From Candidatus Nealsonbacteria bacterium (GTDB lineage: Bacteria; Patescibacteriota; Minisyncoccia; Minisyncoccales; MHMH01), in NCBI GenBank assembly GCA_016188865.1, contig JACPGX010000005.1:179317-243316 (forward strand): a stretch of DNA of 64,000 bases, written 5' to 3'. This document shows positions 52,953-61,602 of this stretch, one piece after another. Position 1 is the stretch's first letter. The number at the start of each line of letters is the position of its first letter. Below the pieces are notes generated by a model, which was not told the origin of the DNA, did no database searches, and saw nothing but the letters and a program-made list of their open reading frames with translations. Made by a program: the position numbers and the translations under genes.

Positions 52953-53348
52953 TTATTTCAACTCTACTGTCGCGCCGGCTGCTTCAAATTTCTTCTTCAT
53001 TTCTTCCGCTTCTTCTTTCTTGGCATTCTCTTTTACCATTTGGGGAGCAGAAGCCGCGGCATCAACCAAATCTTTGGCTTCTTTGAGGCCCTTGCCGGTA
53101 ACATCTCTGACGACCTTAATCACCTCAATTTTTTTCTCGCCAACAGCCTTTAATTCCACATTAAAGGATGTTTTTTCTTCCTTGACCGCCGAAGCTTCAG
53201 CGGAAGAGGTCGCTGGAGCAGCCCCCACTGCTACGGGCGCCTGAACTTTTATTCCATATTTCTCTTCCAGCACCTTCATGGCGCTGTTTAGTTCCATGAC
53301 TGACGCATTGGCGATTTCTTCGGCTAATTTTTCTGGATCAATTGCCAT
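52953..53348 (-). CDS. rplL: 50S ribosomal protein L7/L12
   Basis: Start at ATG 53348 (MAIDPEKLAEEIANASVMELN). Ala-rich hinge. C-terminal KVVRDVTGKGLKEAKDLVD. Confidence 0.95.
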   Translation of the reverse strand: MAIDPEKLAEEIANASVMELNSAMKVLEEKYGIKVQAPVAVGAAPATSSAEASAVKEEKTSFNVELKAVGEKKIEVIKVVRDVTGKGLKEAKDLVDAAASAPQMVKENAKKEEAEEMKKKFEAAGATVELK

Positions 53349-53355
53349 AGTATTT

Positions 53356-53853
53356 TTAATGATTAATATTAATAATTGATATTGACCTTTGCAAAATGTT
53401 GAATATGCTGAAAATCGGAACCTTCGGAGCAAAAAGAAGTTTTGCCACTAACTCTTCCCTCGTAGGCATTTTAGCCAGTTCGATTGACTTTTCGCTGTCA
53501 TAGAATTCTTTGCCAATCAATCCGCCCAAAATTTTTAATTTATCGTTTCCTTTAGAAAAATCGTAAAGAAGTTTAAATGGCGAAACTTCATCTTTGTAAC
53601 CAAAGCCTAAAGCTAATTCACCTTTTAATTGTTTAGCATCTAATGCGATATTCTTTTCTTTTAAGGCGAGTGAAATCAATGTTTTTTTGGCTACTTTCAA
53701 TTCGCCATTTTCCTCTTTTATCTTTTTCCTTAAATTAGATAAATCTTTAACTTTTATTCCAGTGAAATCAGTAAAAACAATTGATTTTTGCTTATCAATT
53801 TTTTCTTTTAATTCCTCAAGCGCTTTTTGTTTTTCTTCTTTAGTTAACGGCAT
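53356..53853 (-). CDS. rplJ: 50S ribosomal protein L10
   Basis: MPLTKEEKQKALEELKEKIDKQKSIVFTDFTGIKVKDLSNLRKK, immediately upstream of rplL. Confidence 0.9.
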   Translation of the reverse strand: MPLTKEEKQKALEELKEKIDKQKSIVFTDFTGIKVKDLSNLRKKIKEENGELKVAKKTLISLALKEKNIALDAKQLKGELALGFGYKDEVSPFKLLYDFSKGNDKLKILGGLIGKEFYDSEKSIELAKMPTREELVAKLLFAPKVPIFSIFNILQRSISIININH

Positions 53854-54000
53854 GTTTTTATAAAAAAATCTGTGGTTATCCCACAGACCAAGAGAACGTA
53901 CAGACTCCCGATGTCTGTATGTTTTTCCTCGGTGGGTCTTAGATTGATGCCCACTGTCTGCGGATGTTTTAATGTTATCAAGCGCTTATATTTGTGTCAA
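53854..54000 (-). promoter_or_regulatory. rplJ promoter plus ~110-nt L10-leader-like 5' UTR with terminator/attenuator
   Basis: On the minus strand: TTGACA (54000-53995), 17-nt spacer, TAACAT (53977-53972). The structured leader ends in the hairpin TCTGTGG GATAA CCACAGA plus T7 (53887-53862), 8 nt before the ATG. Confidence 0.6.
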
Positions 54001-54031
54001 TACCTCCTCAATAAATTAAAAGCCGGAAGGT

Positions 54032-54565
54032 TTAACTTTCCGGCTTTGTTCCGCGAGGGGTTACTACAATTATTAACCTTACAATAAATGCATTCTTATC
54101 TTTCGGATAGTCGCCGGGATAATCAAACCAAACCTTTAAGAACATTTCTAGGGGCATTTTCTTTATTTTTAAAAAACTGGGATCCCTAAAAATGATATTC
54201 TTTTTATCCATGCCGATGACAACTCCGTAGTGGCCATCATCTTCCCAGAACCAATCGACAATCACCGGAATTTTTTGATCCAGGTAATTACGCAGGTCAT
54301 CTAGGGAGCAGTCTTCCTTCATAAAAGCAGCGAGTCCAAAATACTCCGCTGCTTTCACTAGGCCCTTAGCCGATGCGCCTTCTTTTGTTGTGGCGCCGGC
54401 TATTCTGGCAATCTCTTTTTCAGAAACTGAAACCCCATAGTAATCTAATACTATTTTAAGGGAAGCTGGTCCGCAGTAGTACTTTATTTCGCGGCGGTAT
54501 GGTTTTAATTTTAACAGGTTATTGTTGCTCATATCTTCTTCAATTCTATCAAAATCGGAAGCCAT
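54032..54565 (-). CDS. C39-like (papain-fold) cysteine peptidase domain protein
   Basis: KYYCGPASLKIVLDYYG (catalytic Cys context) and DDGHYGVVIG (His). Terminator hairpin AAAGCCGGAA...TTCCGGCTTT spans the stop codon (54019-54048). Confidence 0.6.
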   Translation of the reverse strand: MASDFDRIEEDMSNNNLLKLKPYRREIKYYCGPASLKIVLDYYGVSVSEKEIARIAGATTKEGASAKGLVKAAEYFGLAAFMKEDCSLDDLRNYLDQKIPVIVDWFWEDDGHYGVVIGMDKKNIIFRDPSFLKIKKMPLEMFLKVWFDYPGDYPKDKNAFIVRLIIVVTPRGTKPES

Positions 54566-54605
54566 ATGCCACCCCCGAACTCAATTTTTAAGGTTCTATT
54601 TCATC

Positions 54606-55445
54606 TTACTTAAGATATTTTGCTTTGGCAATATTATGTTCGTCTAGGGTTTTTGTGAATATAGTTTCTCCACTAGGCTTCGAAAGATAATACCAATAAG
54701 AACTATCTTTAGGATAAAGAGCGGCCAGAATACTCTCCAGCCCCGGGTTGGAAATTGGCTTTTCGGGGAGACCATAATGTTCGTAGGTCCACATGGCAGC
54801 ATCCACCTGCAGAGGCATGCCGACTTTCAGTCTCTTCCAAAGAACGCCCGAGACTAATGCTTTTTCTTCTTTGGTTTTTACCTCTTTTTCTAAAATAGAA
54901 GCCGCAATGACTATTTCCGGGGTTATTTTAAGGTCAGCTGTTTTTTTATCAAAATTATCTGTCATCATTTTAATTATTTCTGCTTCGTTTGCTCCGTAAT
55001 TAATCTCGTAAGTATCCGGGAATAAATAACCTTCGTACTCTCTAAATAGGTCGAGAACCGTTCTCGACTCAATTGAGTCGAGAACGGTTCTCGACAGTGT
55101 TTGAACAATTTGTTCGGAGGTGAAACCCTCGGGGATTGTGATTTTAGCTTTTGCAATATCTCCGGAAGATAATTTTCCAGCTATCTGCGGAATGTTCATA
55201 GATGGGGAAAGAAAGTAGCCGCCTGCCTGAAGCTTGTGAGCTGTACCCGAAATTAAAACATAAAAATTAAAAAAAGGCCCCCACCAAACTAACCCATCTT
55301 TTTGTAAGTTTGACGCTATTTCTTTAGATCCCTCCCCTTTCTCTGCGCGAAAAACAACTTGTTTTTCCAAACCAAAATTACGAGGCAAAAATATGCCTCC
55401 GGCTAAAACAGCTATTAGAATTAGTATAATAAAATATTTTTTCAT
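54606..55445 (-). CDS. mltG: Endolytic murein transglycosylase MltG (YceG-like)
   Basis: N-terminal anchor, EGYLFPDTYE, and ASILEKE. Confidence 0.85.
   Translation of the reverse strand: MKKYFIILILIAVLAGGIFLPRNFGLEKQVVFRAEKGEGSKEIASNLQKDGLVWWGPFFNFYVLISGTAHKLQAGGYFLSPSMNIPQIAGKLSSGDIAKAKITIPEGFTSEQIVQTLSRTVLDSIESRTVLDLFREYEGYLFPDTYEINYGANEAEIIKMMTDNFDKKTADLKITPEIVIAASILEKEVKTKEEKALVSGVLWKRLKVGMPLQVDAAMWTYEHYGLPEKPISNPGLESILAALYPKDSSYWYYLSKPSGETIFTKTLDEHNIAKAKYLK
55050..55095. repeat. Intragenic palindromic element, copy 6 (inside mltG): perfect 46-nt palindrome
   Basis: GTCGAGAACCGTTCTCGAC-TCAATTGA-GTCGAGAACGGTTCTCGAC. Encodes SRTVLDSIESRTVLD on the minus strand. Confidence 0.9.
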
Positions 55446-56050
55446 TTTTCCACTAATGGCACGAAGGCGAAGCCGGGATATTCTGTTTCTTTAAATTCAG
55501 TTTTGCTTCTTTTCACTAATAACCAAATTGAGGAGCGAATCGACGTGACAATTCTTCCCCCGATTTTTAACTGTTTTTTCCAATCTTTGGGTATTTCGTT
55601 TTGGACGGCGGCAGAGGATAAAATTTTATCAAAAGGAGCCTCTTTTTCGTAACCCTTGGAACCATCGCCTAAGATAAAATGCACCTGTCCCCTATTATAT
55701 TTTTCCGCATTTTTTTCTCCGAATTCCTTTAATTCAGGCACCAGCTCAATAGCAATTACCTTTCCCCTTTGTCCGACAATTTCGCCCAGCAAAGCCGAAG
55801 TCCAGCCCGAACCGAAACCTACATCTAAAACCTTATCTCCAACTTGCGGCTGCAATTGTTCCAGCATAAAAGCAACGGTTAATGGCTGGGAGATCGTCTG
55901 ACCATAACCAATCGGTAAAGCCTCGTCTAATTCCGCTAAATTTTTCATGCCCTCGGGAATAAAATCTGCTCTTTTTACCATTTTAAAAGCCTCAACGATT
56001 CCAGGAGTTTTTAGCCAACCATCTTTGATTAAATTTTCTATTAAATCCAT
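55442..56050 (-). CDS. pcm: Protein-L-isoaspartate O-methyltransferase
   Basis: QTISQPLTVAFMLEQL and VLDVGFGSGW (SAM motif I). Confidence 0.85.
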   Translation of the reverse strand: MDLIENLIKDGWLKTPGIVEAFKMVKRADFIPEGMKNLAELDEALPIGYGQTISQPLTVAFMLEQLQPQVGDKVLDVGFGSGWTSALLGEIVGQRGKVIAIELVPELKEFGEKNAEKYNRGQVHFILGDGSKGYEKEAPFDKILSSAAVQNEIPKDWKKQLKIGGRIVTSIRSSIWLLVKRSKTEFKETEYPGFAFVPLVEK

Positions 56051-56102
56051 ATCTTTATTATCATAAAAAACAAAAGGGTTGGCAACATCGCCAACCCTAA
56101 AA

Positions 56103-57500
56103 TTACATTTTAAGGGGTTTTAAAAAATTTTCCAAATAATCATCCAGAAATTTGTCGATGTCCTTATGGTAAAAACTCTCCATATTGCTCATTTCGAACC
56201 TTATCTCGGCTTTGCCTGCAGGCCTTTCTTGTCTGGCGATTACCGTATAGCCATCTTTTTCTTTATTAAATTGAATATCAAGCAGGATATTATCGCCTAT
56301 TACAAGCTCGCCAGTTAGAATTTTTTCGGCAATTGGCACCCTAACGTATTTATCAATAACATTGCGAAGAGCTCTTGCCCCGAATACCGGAGAAACTCCT
56401 TCTTCAATAAGGAAATCTTTAAAGCCTTGAGTGTAAGATATGGACAATAAGTTATTGCCTTCTTTATCGATAAAAAAATCCATAAAATCCTGGAGCTGCA
56501 AATCAAGAATTTTCTGGTAATCCCGGTAACTCAAGACATTAAAAACAATTATGCCTTGTTTTCCGATTCTGCCAAGAAGTTCCGGCTTAAAATACCTCTT
56601 CTTTTTATCCAAAATTTCTTCTAAAACTCTGCGGTAAATTTTCTGATTTAAATTTCTGACAGCCGTATCTTTTTCCTCTTTATCTGGCACAGAAAATCCT
56701 ATCTTTTTTTCATCAAGATGCTCTGCTAAAATTTGTTCTGTCCCAACGTTAGTAGTCAGAATAATAATTGAGGCGCGGAAATCTATAACTCTGCCATTGA
56801 GAAGAGTTAATCCCCCTTCATCAAGAATGCTTAAAAGCTGCGACTGGATGTTCATATCAGCTTTTTCAATTTCATCAAATAAGACAACCGAACGGAAAGG
56901 GCCATACTTATTTTCCAGATCATCTTCGTATTGATTTCTATAATTTTCTAGTTGATATCTTAGTATATTAATCAATTCCCTGATATGGTCCTGATTAGCA
57001 GTGTGCTCCTTTAAGCGTTCCTGGGCTTTTTTGATTATTTCTTTAATTTTTTTGTCTAATCTTTCGAGCCCTCTTTTTTGCTTGTCATATTCGCCAACTT
57101 GCTCTAAGCCAACCCTTTCACCATATCCGACATAACCGGGCGGAGAGCCAGTCAAAGAAGCTACGGTGTGCTCCAAAGATAAAGATCCGCAGTCAATTGT
57201 TACCAAGGGAGACAAACCTTCTTCGTTTGGTTCGCCTATTAAAGCATAAGCCAATTCTTGCGCAAAGTAAGTTTTGCCGCTTCCCGAAGGGCCGGCAAAT
57301 AAGAAAACGCCAATCGGCCTATTCGGGTCATTAAGCCCTGCATAAAAAGTGGTGATTCCCCGCATCAGGCGCCTTATGGGAAGGGGCTGGCCGATAACTC
57401 TCGCTTCTAGTTTTTCCCTAACATCCCTCAAAGATAAAGGCAGATCAGAATCGGGGGGAAGAGCGATCATGTATTGGGAATAGTCAATTTCTGGAGTCAT
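56103..57500 (-). CDS. Single-ring Clp/Hsp100-type AAA+ ATPase (ClpB NBD2-like) with inserted coiled coil
   Basis: VIGQ...AGLNDPNRPIGVFLFAGPSGSGKTYFAQELA (Walker A), VVLFDEIEKA (Walker B), GARALRNVI (sensor 2). A ~65-aa charged insertion lies between Walker A and B. Confidence 0.75.
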   Translation of the reverse strand: MTPEIDYSQYMIALPPDSDLPLSLRDVREKLEARVIGQPLPIRRLMRGITTFYAGLNDPNRPIGVFLFAGPSGSGKTYFAQELAYALIGEPNEEGLSPLVTIDCGSLSLEHTVASLTGSPPGYVGYGERVGLEQVGEYDKQKRGLERLDKKIKEIIKKAQERLKEHTANQDHIRELINILRYQLENYRNQYEDDLENKYGPFRSVVLFDEIEKADMNIQSQLLSILDEGGLTLLNGRVIDFRASIIILTTNVGTEQILAEHLDEKKIGFSVPDKEEKDTAVRNLNQKIYRRVLEEILDKKKRYFKPELLGRIGKQGIIVFNVLSYRDYQKILDLQLQDFMDFFIDKEGNNLLSISYTQGFKDFLIEEGVSPVFGARALRNVIDKYVRVPIAEKILTGELVIGDNILLDIQFNKEKDGYTVIARQERPAGKAEIRFEMSNMESFYHKDIDKFLDDYLENFLKPLKM

Positions 57501-57544
57501 TGCATACCTCCTTTTTAATTTTCAATGAGCCATCTTTACACAAT

Positions 57545-57574
57545 AACAAAAAGAGGACTTTTCTCAAGTCCTCT
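57545..57574 (-). terminator. Intrinsic terminator between the HNH-like gene and the AAA+ gene
   Basis: Minus strand: AGAGGACTT GAGAA AAGTCCTCT then TTTTGTTATTG. The loop contains the upstream stop codon. Confidence 0.6.
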
Positions 57575-57974
57575 CTATTTTTATCATTTTTACTCCGTGA
57601 AAAGTCCAATCTTTTTCAATTATTTTTATAATCTCATCTGAAGGAAGAGCTGATTTGCCAAACAGCATTTTCCAAGCCCTCAGCCTTCTCGGAACATTTG
57701 TTATCTTATCTTGAAATTTTTCGTGATCAATAATCCACTCTTTAACTGTTTCTATCGCCTCTTCGGGAATTTTATTTTGAAAAACATCGTGCCAGGCAGT
57801 ATGCAAATCGGGATTCTTTTTTATTTTAAAGCGGCTGGTTGGGTAAACATGGTGCCAATTGGTGTGTCTTTTGAATGCTTCAGAACGATGCTTTGGTTTC
57901 TGATTTTTCTTCCGGCCGTCAGTTTTATTACCCATTAGCAGCCGCACCGCCTTTTTTATTTCCGCGCGGTTCAA
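57564..57974 (-). CDS. Small HNH-like (beta-beta-alpha-Me) protein
   Basis: NWHHVYPTSRFKIKKNPDLHTAWHDVF fits the HH..P.S...N...H..(W)H..F pattern of minimal HNH nucleases. Overlaps the upstream gene (alternative start 57935 gives an 8-nt overlap). Confidence 0.5.
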   Translation of the reverse strand: MNRAEIKKAVRLLMGNKTDGRKKNQKPKHRSEAFKRHTNWHHVYPTSRFKIKKNPDLHTAWHDVFQNKIPEEAIETVKEWIIDHEKFQDKITNVPRRLRAWKMLFGKSALPSDEIIKIIEKDWTFHGVKMIKIERT

Positions 57975-60204
57975 AAGGATAATATTTCAGAATCACCCTG
58001 GTAATGTTGTTATGGTCGTCGGCAAATACTTCACTTACCCAGAAGCCCACCCAAGGAATAAGGCCCTTGGCCGCCAGATATTGGGTCTGGTCTTCCAAAC
58101 AAGGAACAAACAGGCAAACCATGCCTTTGTGCTGCATAAAAACAGCGATGTGCAAGTGGCCGATTTTCAGAACTTGAGCCGGGAAATTTTCATCCACCGT
58201 GGGTATCAGCTTTTCCACGCCTATCTGACCGCGATAAGTCAGGCCTATCGGAATACCGCCAGAAGGATGATAAAGCAGATTTCCAATACCGTTTATTTCC
58301 CTGATTCCCCGGAGCCAAATCTCATCTTCGCCGATATAGTCTATTTTATTCAGTCCTTTGAGAGTAACGAGTTCAGCAAATGTTTTGGTAAAATTATGTC
58401 CCCCTAATTCCAGATATTCCAAATCATGAGAAGAACCCGAAATCATTTTGGTAATAATTTTTGATTTAGGCCAAACGGATAAGGCAAGGTCTCTCTGCCT
58501 GTCAATGCCGGCTGCATCTAATTCTCCCTTAATAAGCTGTTTATGGTTGATGCCCGGGCCGTCAACTATGTCGCCGCAGAAATGAACCTCGTCAACTTTT
58601 TCTTCTTCAGCCGTTCTGTAAACTTCCGGAAGTAAATCCCAGCGCGATTTTTTATTGCCGATATGGACATCGCTGCAATCCGCAGTTTTTTGATGTTTAA
58701 CATACATTTTATCCATGGATACGGGCTTGAATTCCATCTTCATCGACTTCTCTAGTTTGTATCTTTTTTCAGCATCGCTAAAAATAATGGAATAGCCTTC
58801 TTTTTTCAATCCCTCAATCAATTCTTCGACATATGGCTTGTCTTTATGCAAGATCCGACAAAAGTCGCCCTTAGTTTTATTATCTTCCCTCAACAGCTCA
58901 AGGACCTTTAGCTGTTCTTTCGATAAGCTCTGCTTCATTTCCGGCTCTTCAAGGTAGTCTTCTCGTTTTTGGTAAGCCGTCAGATCTCTGGCATCATAAA
59001 TAACGTCTTTAAGATTTCCTTCTTTATCTAATTTAAAGGTTAATATCCAGCAGCCCAGAACCGGAGACCCGCCCCTTCTCCTTCTTCCTCTTTGAGTTGG
59101 AGTCATTCCATAAAGCGAAGGGATGTTAATCCGGCCAATATCGCGTTTTCTATTGCTGGAAAACGGGAAATACGGGGGAATCGCGACGGAAGAATGAGTG
59201 CCGCCGATTAAAACGAATTTTGGCGGATAATTGTTTGCCAAAACTCTCTCGGTCAATTCCTGGTAATTTTCGGTGACTATCTGCAGGGGAAGACTTTTGG
59301 TATAACCGGTATCGGCTTCCAAATGAACTACGGCGACTCTGGTATTCTTTCCTACCAAAAAAATCGCTTCTTTATCCCCGCGATAATACAAATCCGATCT
59401 TTCTTGAGCGATGGCATAACCCATATTCTGACCTTTGTCGGTTTTAAACGTCAAATCGTTAGGGCCGGTGATGAAATGGGTTTTAAAAGGAACATTGGGC
59501 CAGCGAGAAACGATATAGTCTTTCTGCTCTTCAAAAGTTCTTAAAAAATATTCGCCCAGTCTTTTGGGGGTAGGCTTTCCGGCAGAAATGTTGCCAGCCA
59601 CAATGGCAATATAAACTTCTTCTTTCTTGCCGATTTCATAGGCTGTGGCCAATAAATCTCCCTGCTGAGTTCTTAAACCAAGGCAGGGATCGGAAATGAC
59701 CAGAATTTTCACCTCGTTTTTAGTAATGGGAGCTAATCTGTAAATCTGGCCGGGAATAGGTTCTTTCCTTAAAAAAACTTGCCTTTCGCCATTAGCTTCC
59801 GCCGCTACCTCGACATCGTATCCCTTGGCACGCAGCTTATCAACTAAAGGAAAGACATCTTCATGGGCTATCCCAAAAATAGTGGAAATTTCTTTTAGGG
59901 TTTTAGGCGCTTTTTGAAGGCTCTTAATGAGTTCTGTTTCCTTATCGGAGAGTTCCGCTAAATCCGGCACTGATTCTGAATTAGTTTTTGCTGTTTTTTT
60001 AGGATTATTACCGTTTCCATTTTTGAAATGCGCTGTCCAATCTTTATGGCGTTCAACTTGATTAAAAACGCTTGGCCAAGATCGGCCGGGAAATTCTTCT
60101 CCAAGCCTCAATTTTAATTCCCTTAGAGAATTTACTTTACCGCAGAGCTCGCGCAATTTTGTTAATTCTTCCGGCATCCAATGTCTTTTCATTCTCGCCT
60201 CCAT
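57928..60204 (-). CDS. 758-aa protein: Myb/SANT-like N-terminus followed by two (wHTH + calcineurin-like metallophosphoesterase) modules
   Basis: Second module keeps the MPE motifs SDVHIGN, CGDIVDG, SGSSHD and IGHLH. First module is degenerate (SDPCLG, AGNISAG, GPND, GGTHS). Each is preceded by a winged-helix-like segment. Confidence 0.6.
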   Translation of the reverse strand: MEARMKRHWMPEELTKLRELCGKVNSLRELKLRLGEEFPGRSWPSVFNQVERHKDWTAHFKNGNGNNPKKTAKTNSESVPDLAELSDKETELIKSLQKAPKTLKEISTIFGIAHEDVFPLVDKLRAKGYDVEVAAEANGERQVFLRKEPIPGQIYRLAPITKNEVKILVISDPCLGLRTQQGDLLATAYEIGKKEEVYIAIVAGNISAGKPTPKRLGEYFLRTFEEQKDYIVSRWPNVPFKTHFITGPNDLTFKTDKGQNMGYAIAQERSDLYYRGDKEAIFLVGKNTRVAVVHLEADTGYTKSLPLQIVTENYQELTERVLANNYPPKFVLIGGTHSSVAIPPYFPFSSNRKRDIGRINIPSLYGMTPTQRGRRRRGGSPVLGCWILTFKLDKEGNLKDVIYDARDLTAYQKREDYLEEPEMKQSLSKEQLKVLELLREDNKTKGDFCRILHKDKPYVEELIEGLKKEGYSIIFSDAEKRYKLEKSMKMEFKPVSMDKMYVKHQKTADCSDVHIGNKKSRWDLLPEVYRTAEEEKVDEVHFCGDIVDGPGINHKQLIKGELDAAGIDRQRDLALSVWPKSKIITKMISGSSHDLEYLELGGHNFTKTFAELVTLKGLNKIDYIGEDEIWLRGIREINGIGNLLYHPSGGIPIGLTYRGQIGVEKLIPTVDENFPAQVLKIGHLHIAVFMQHKGMVCLFVPCLEDQTQYLAAKGLIPWVGFWVSEVFADDHNNITRVILKYYPFEPRGNKKGGAAANG

Positions 60205-60256
60205 ATTTAAATTTCAATGTGCCTCTTATTCAAATTAACTTAATGGAAAAGCGGTG

Positions 60257-61600
60257 TCAATTGCGACACCGCTTTAAAATAGCTTGAGCGGCAACAATGC
60301 CCGAAATGGAAGCGTGCATAATGCCTCTGGTAATACCTGCTCCGTCTCCGACGGCAAACAAACCTTCTATTTTTGTTTCTAAATCTTGAGACGATTCTAC
60401 TCTATTGGAATAAAATTTCGCCTCGGGAGCATAAAGCAGAGTGTGATCCGACGAAATTCCCGGAACCATGTTATTCAGTCTTTCCAGCATTTCCAAAATG
60501 CTCCTCATCGGCCTGTACGGAATAAAATGTCCAATATCTCCCGGAAACGCTGTTTTTAACGTAGGTACGATAAAATCTTTTATCTCTTCTATTCTTTCGG
60601 GGTAAGACCTTCTCTCTTGTGGAGCCGTAAGATCACCCAATCTTTGGACTAAAACCTTTCCTTCCACAGCCAAATAATTGCCTAGCATGGAAAGATTCCT
60701 GGCAAATTCAAACGGTTTATCAAAGCCTTGTTTCAAAACTGTGCTTACCAGAATAGCAAAATTTGTGTTATTGGTTTTCCTGGATGAATCTTTTTCAAAG
60801 CTATGTCCGTTCACCAGCGTTAAACCACTTTCTGTTTCAGTAATAACTTGCCCCTTTGGGCAAACACAAAAAGTTCTAACTTTATCTCCAGTACATTTGG
60901 TTTTATAAATGACGAACTTGGGGTCGTAAAGATAATCGGTAACTGGCTTGAAGACGTATTCCGGGACTTCTACCCTTACTCCAAAATCATAAGTATCGGC
61001 CTTGATGGTGTTCAAGCCAAGATTCTTAGCTAGTTCGACCCACCAGCCAGTCCTGTCTCTTCCTGTCGCTACAATAACGTAATCCGACTCAAACTCCTTG
61101 GGATCTTTCCCGCCGGTTTTAACTAGGAATACTTTATCTTTCTTTTCGACTGACTCCACCGGAGTATTAAGATATATTTTAACTCCTCGTTTTTCCAGTT
61201 CTTCTTTAATATTTTTTACTATTTCCGGAGCATTATCAGAACCGAAATGGCGGGTTTTTGTCGGAATAAGGTGCATATCGAAGGAAGCGGCTGTTTCAAC
61301 AAGCTTTTTGATTTTTCTATAATTTTTTTCGTAAATTTTTTGTTCCCCGCCAAAACGCGTAAAAGTCCTGTCAACCACACCCATCAATTGATGAAATCTA
61401 TCTTGACCGATGATTCCGGGCATTTCTCCGCCAACTTCTCCCGATAAGACTAATTTGCCATCGGAGTTTGTTCCAGCGCCGCCGCAACGCGACTTCTTTT
61501 CAAATATGCAAACTTCAATTCCCGAATCTCGGGATAATTCCAAAGCCCCAAATAATCCGGCCGGCCCCGAGCCGACGATTATCACTCTTTTTTTCATCAT
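60257..61600 (-). CDS. FAD-dependent dehydrogenase (COG2509-like)
   Basis: KKRVIIVGSGPAGLFGALELS Rossmann motif and C-terminal GDGAGITRG. Confidence 0.7.
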   Translation of the reverse strand: MMKKRVIIVGSGPAGLFGALELSRDSGIEVCIFEKKSRCGGAGTNSDGKLVLSGEVGGEMPGIIGQDRFHQLMGVVDRTFTRFGGEQKIYEKNYRKIKKLVETAASFDMHLIPTKTRHFGSDNAPEIVKNIKEELEKRGVKIYLNTPVESVEKKDKVFLVKTGGKDPKEFESDYVIVATGRDRTGWWVELAKNLGLNTIKADTYDFGVRVEVPEYVFKPVTDYLYDPKFVIYKTKCTGDKVRTFCVCPKGQVITETESGLTLVNGHSFEKDSSRKTNNTNFAILVSTVLKQGFDKPFEFARNLSMLGNYLAVEGKVLVQRLGDLTAPQERRSYPERIEEIKDFIVPTLKTAFPGDIGHFIPYRPMRSILEMLERLNNMVPGISSDHTLLYAPEAKFYSNRVESSQDLETKIEGLFAVGDGAGITRGIMHASISGIVAAQAILKRCRN

Positions 61601-61602
61601 TT

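Noticed and set aside
52909-53244. Antisense ORFs inside well-supported genes (also 7716-8147, 14889-15254, 16690-17163, 28440-28853, 1966-2370, 2129-2416)
   Set aside because: Each lies opposite to, or out of frame within, a gene with strong family motifs (rplL, ctpA/rplI, the ccdA-like gene, VKOR) or over the tRNA locus. These are typical shadow ORFs.
9365-55095. Intragenic CGAGAAC/GTTCTCG palindromes as LexA (Cheo-box-like GAAC-N4-GTTC) operators or as a CRISPR-like array
   Set aside because: The half-sites resemble GAAC/GTTC, but the spacing is 1-3 nt rather than 4. All copies are deep inside ORFs rather than at promoters, and the lexA-fusion promoter lacks the motif. They are dispersed over 46 kb with no regular spacing, so this is not a CRISPR array.
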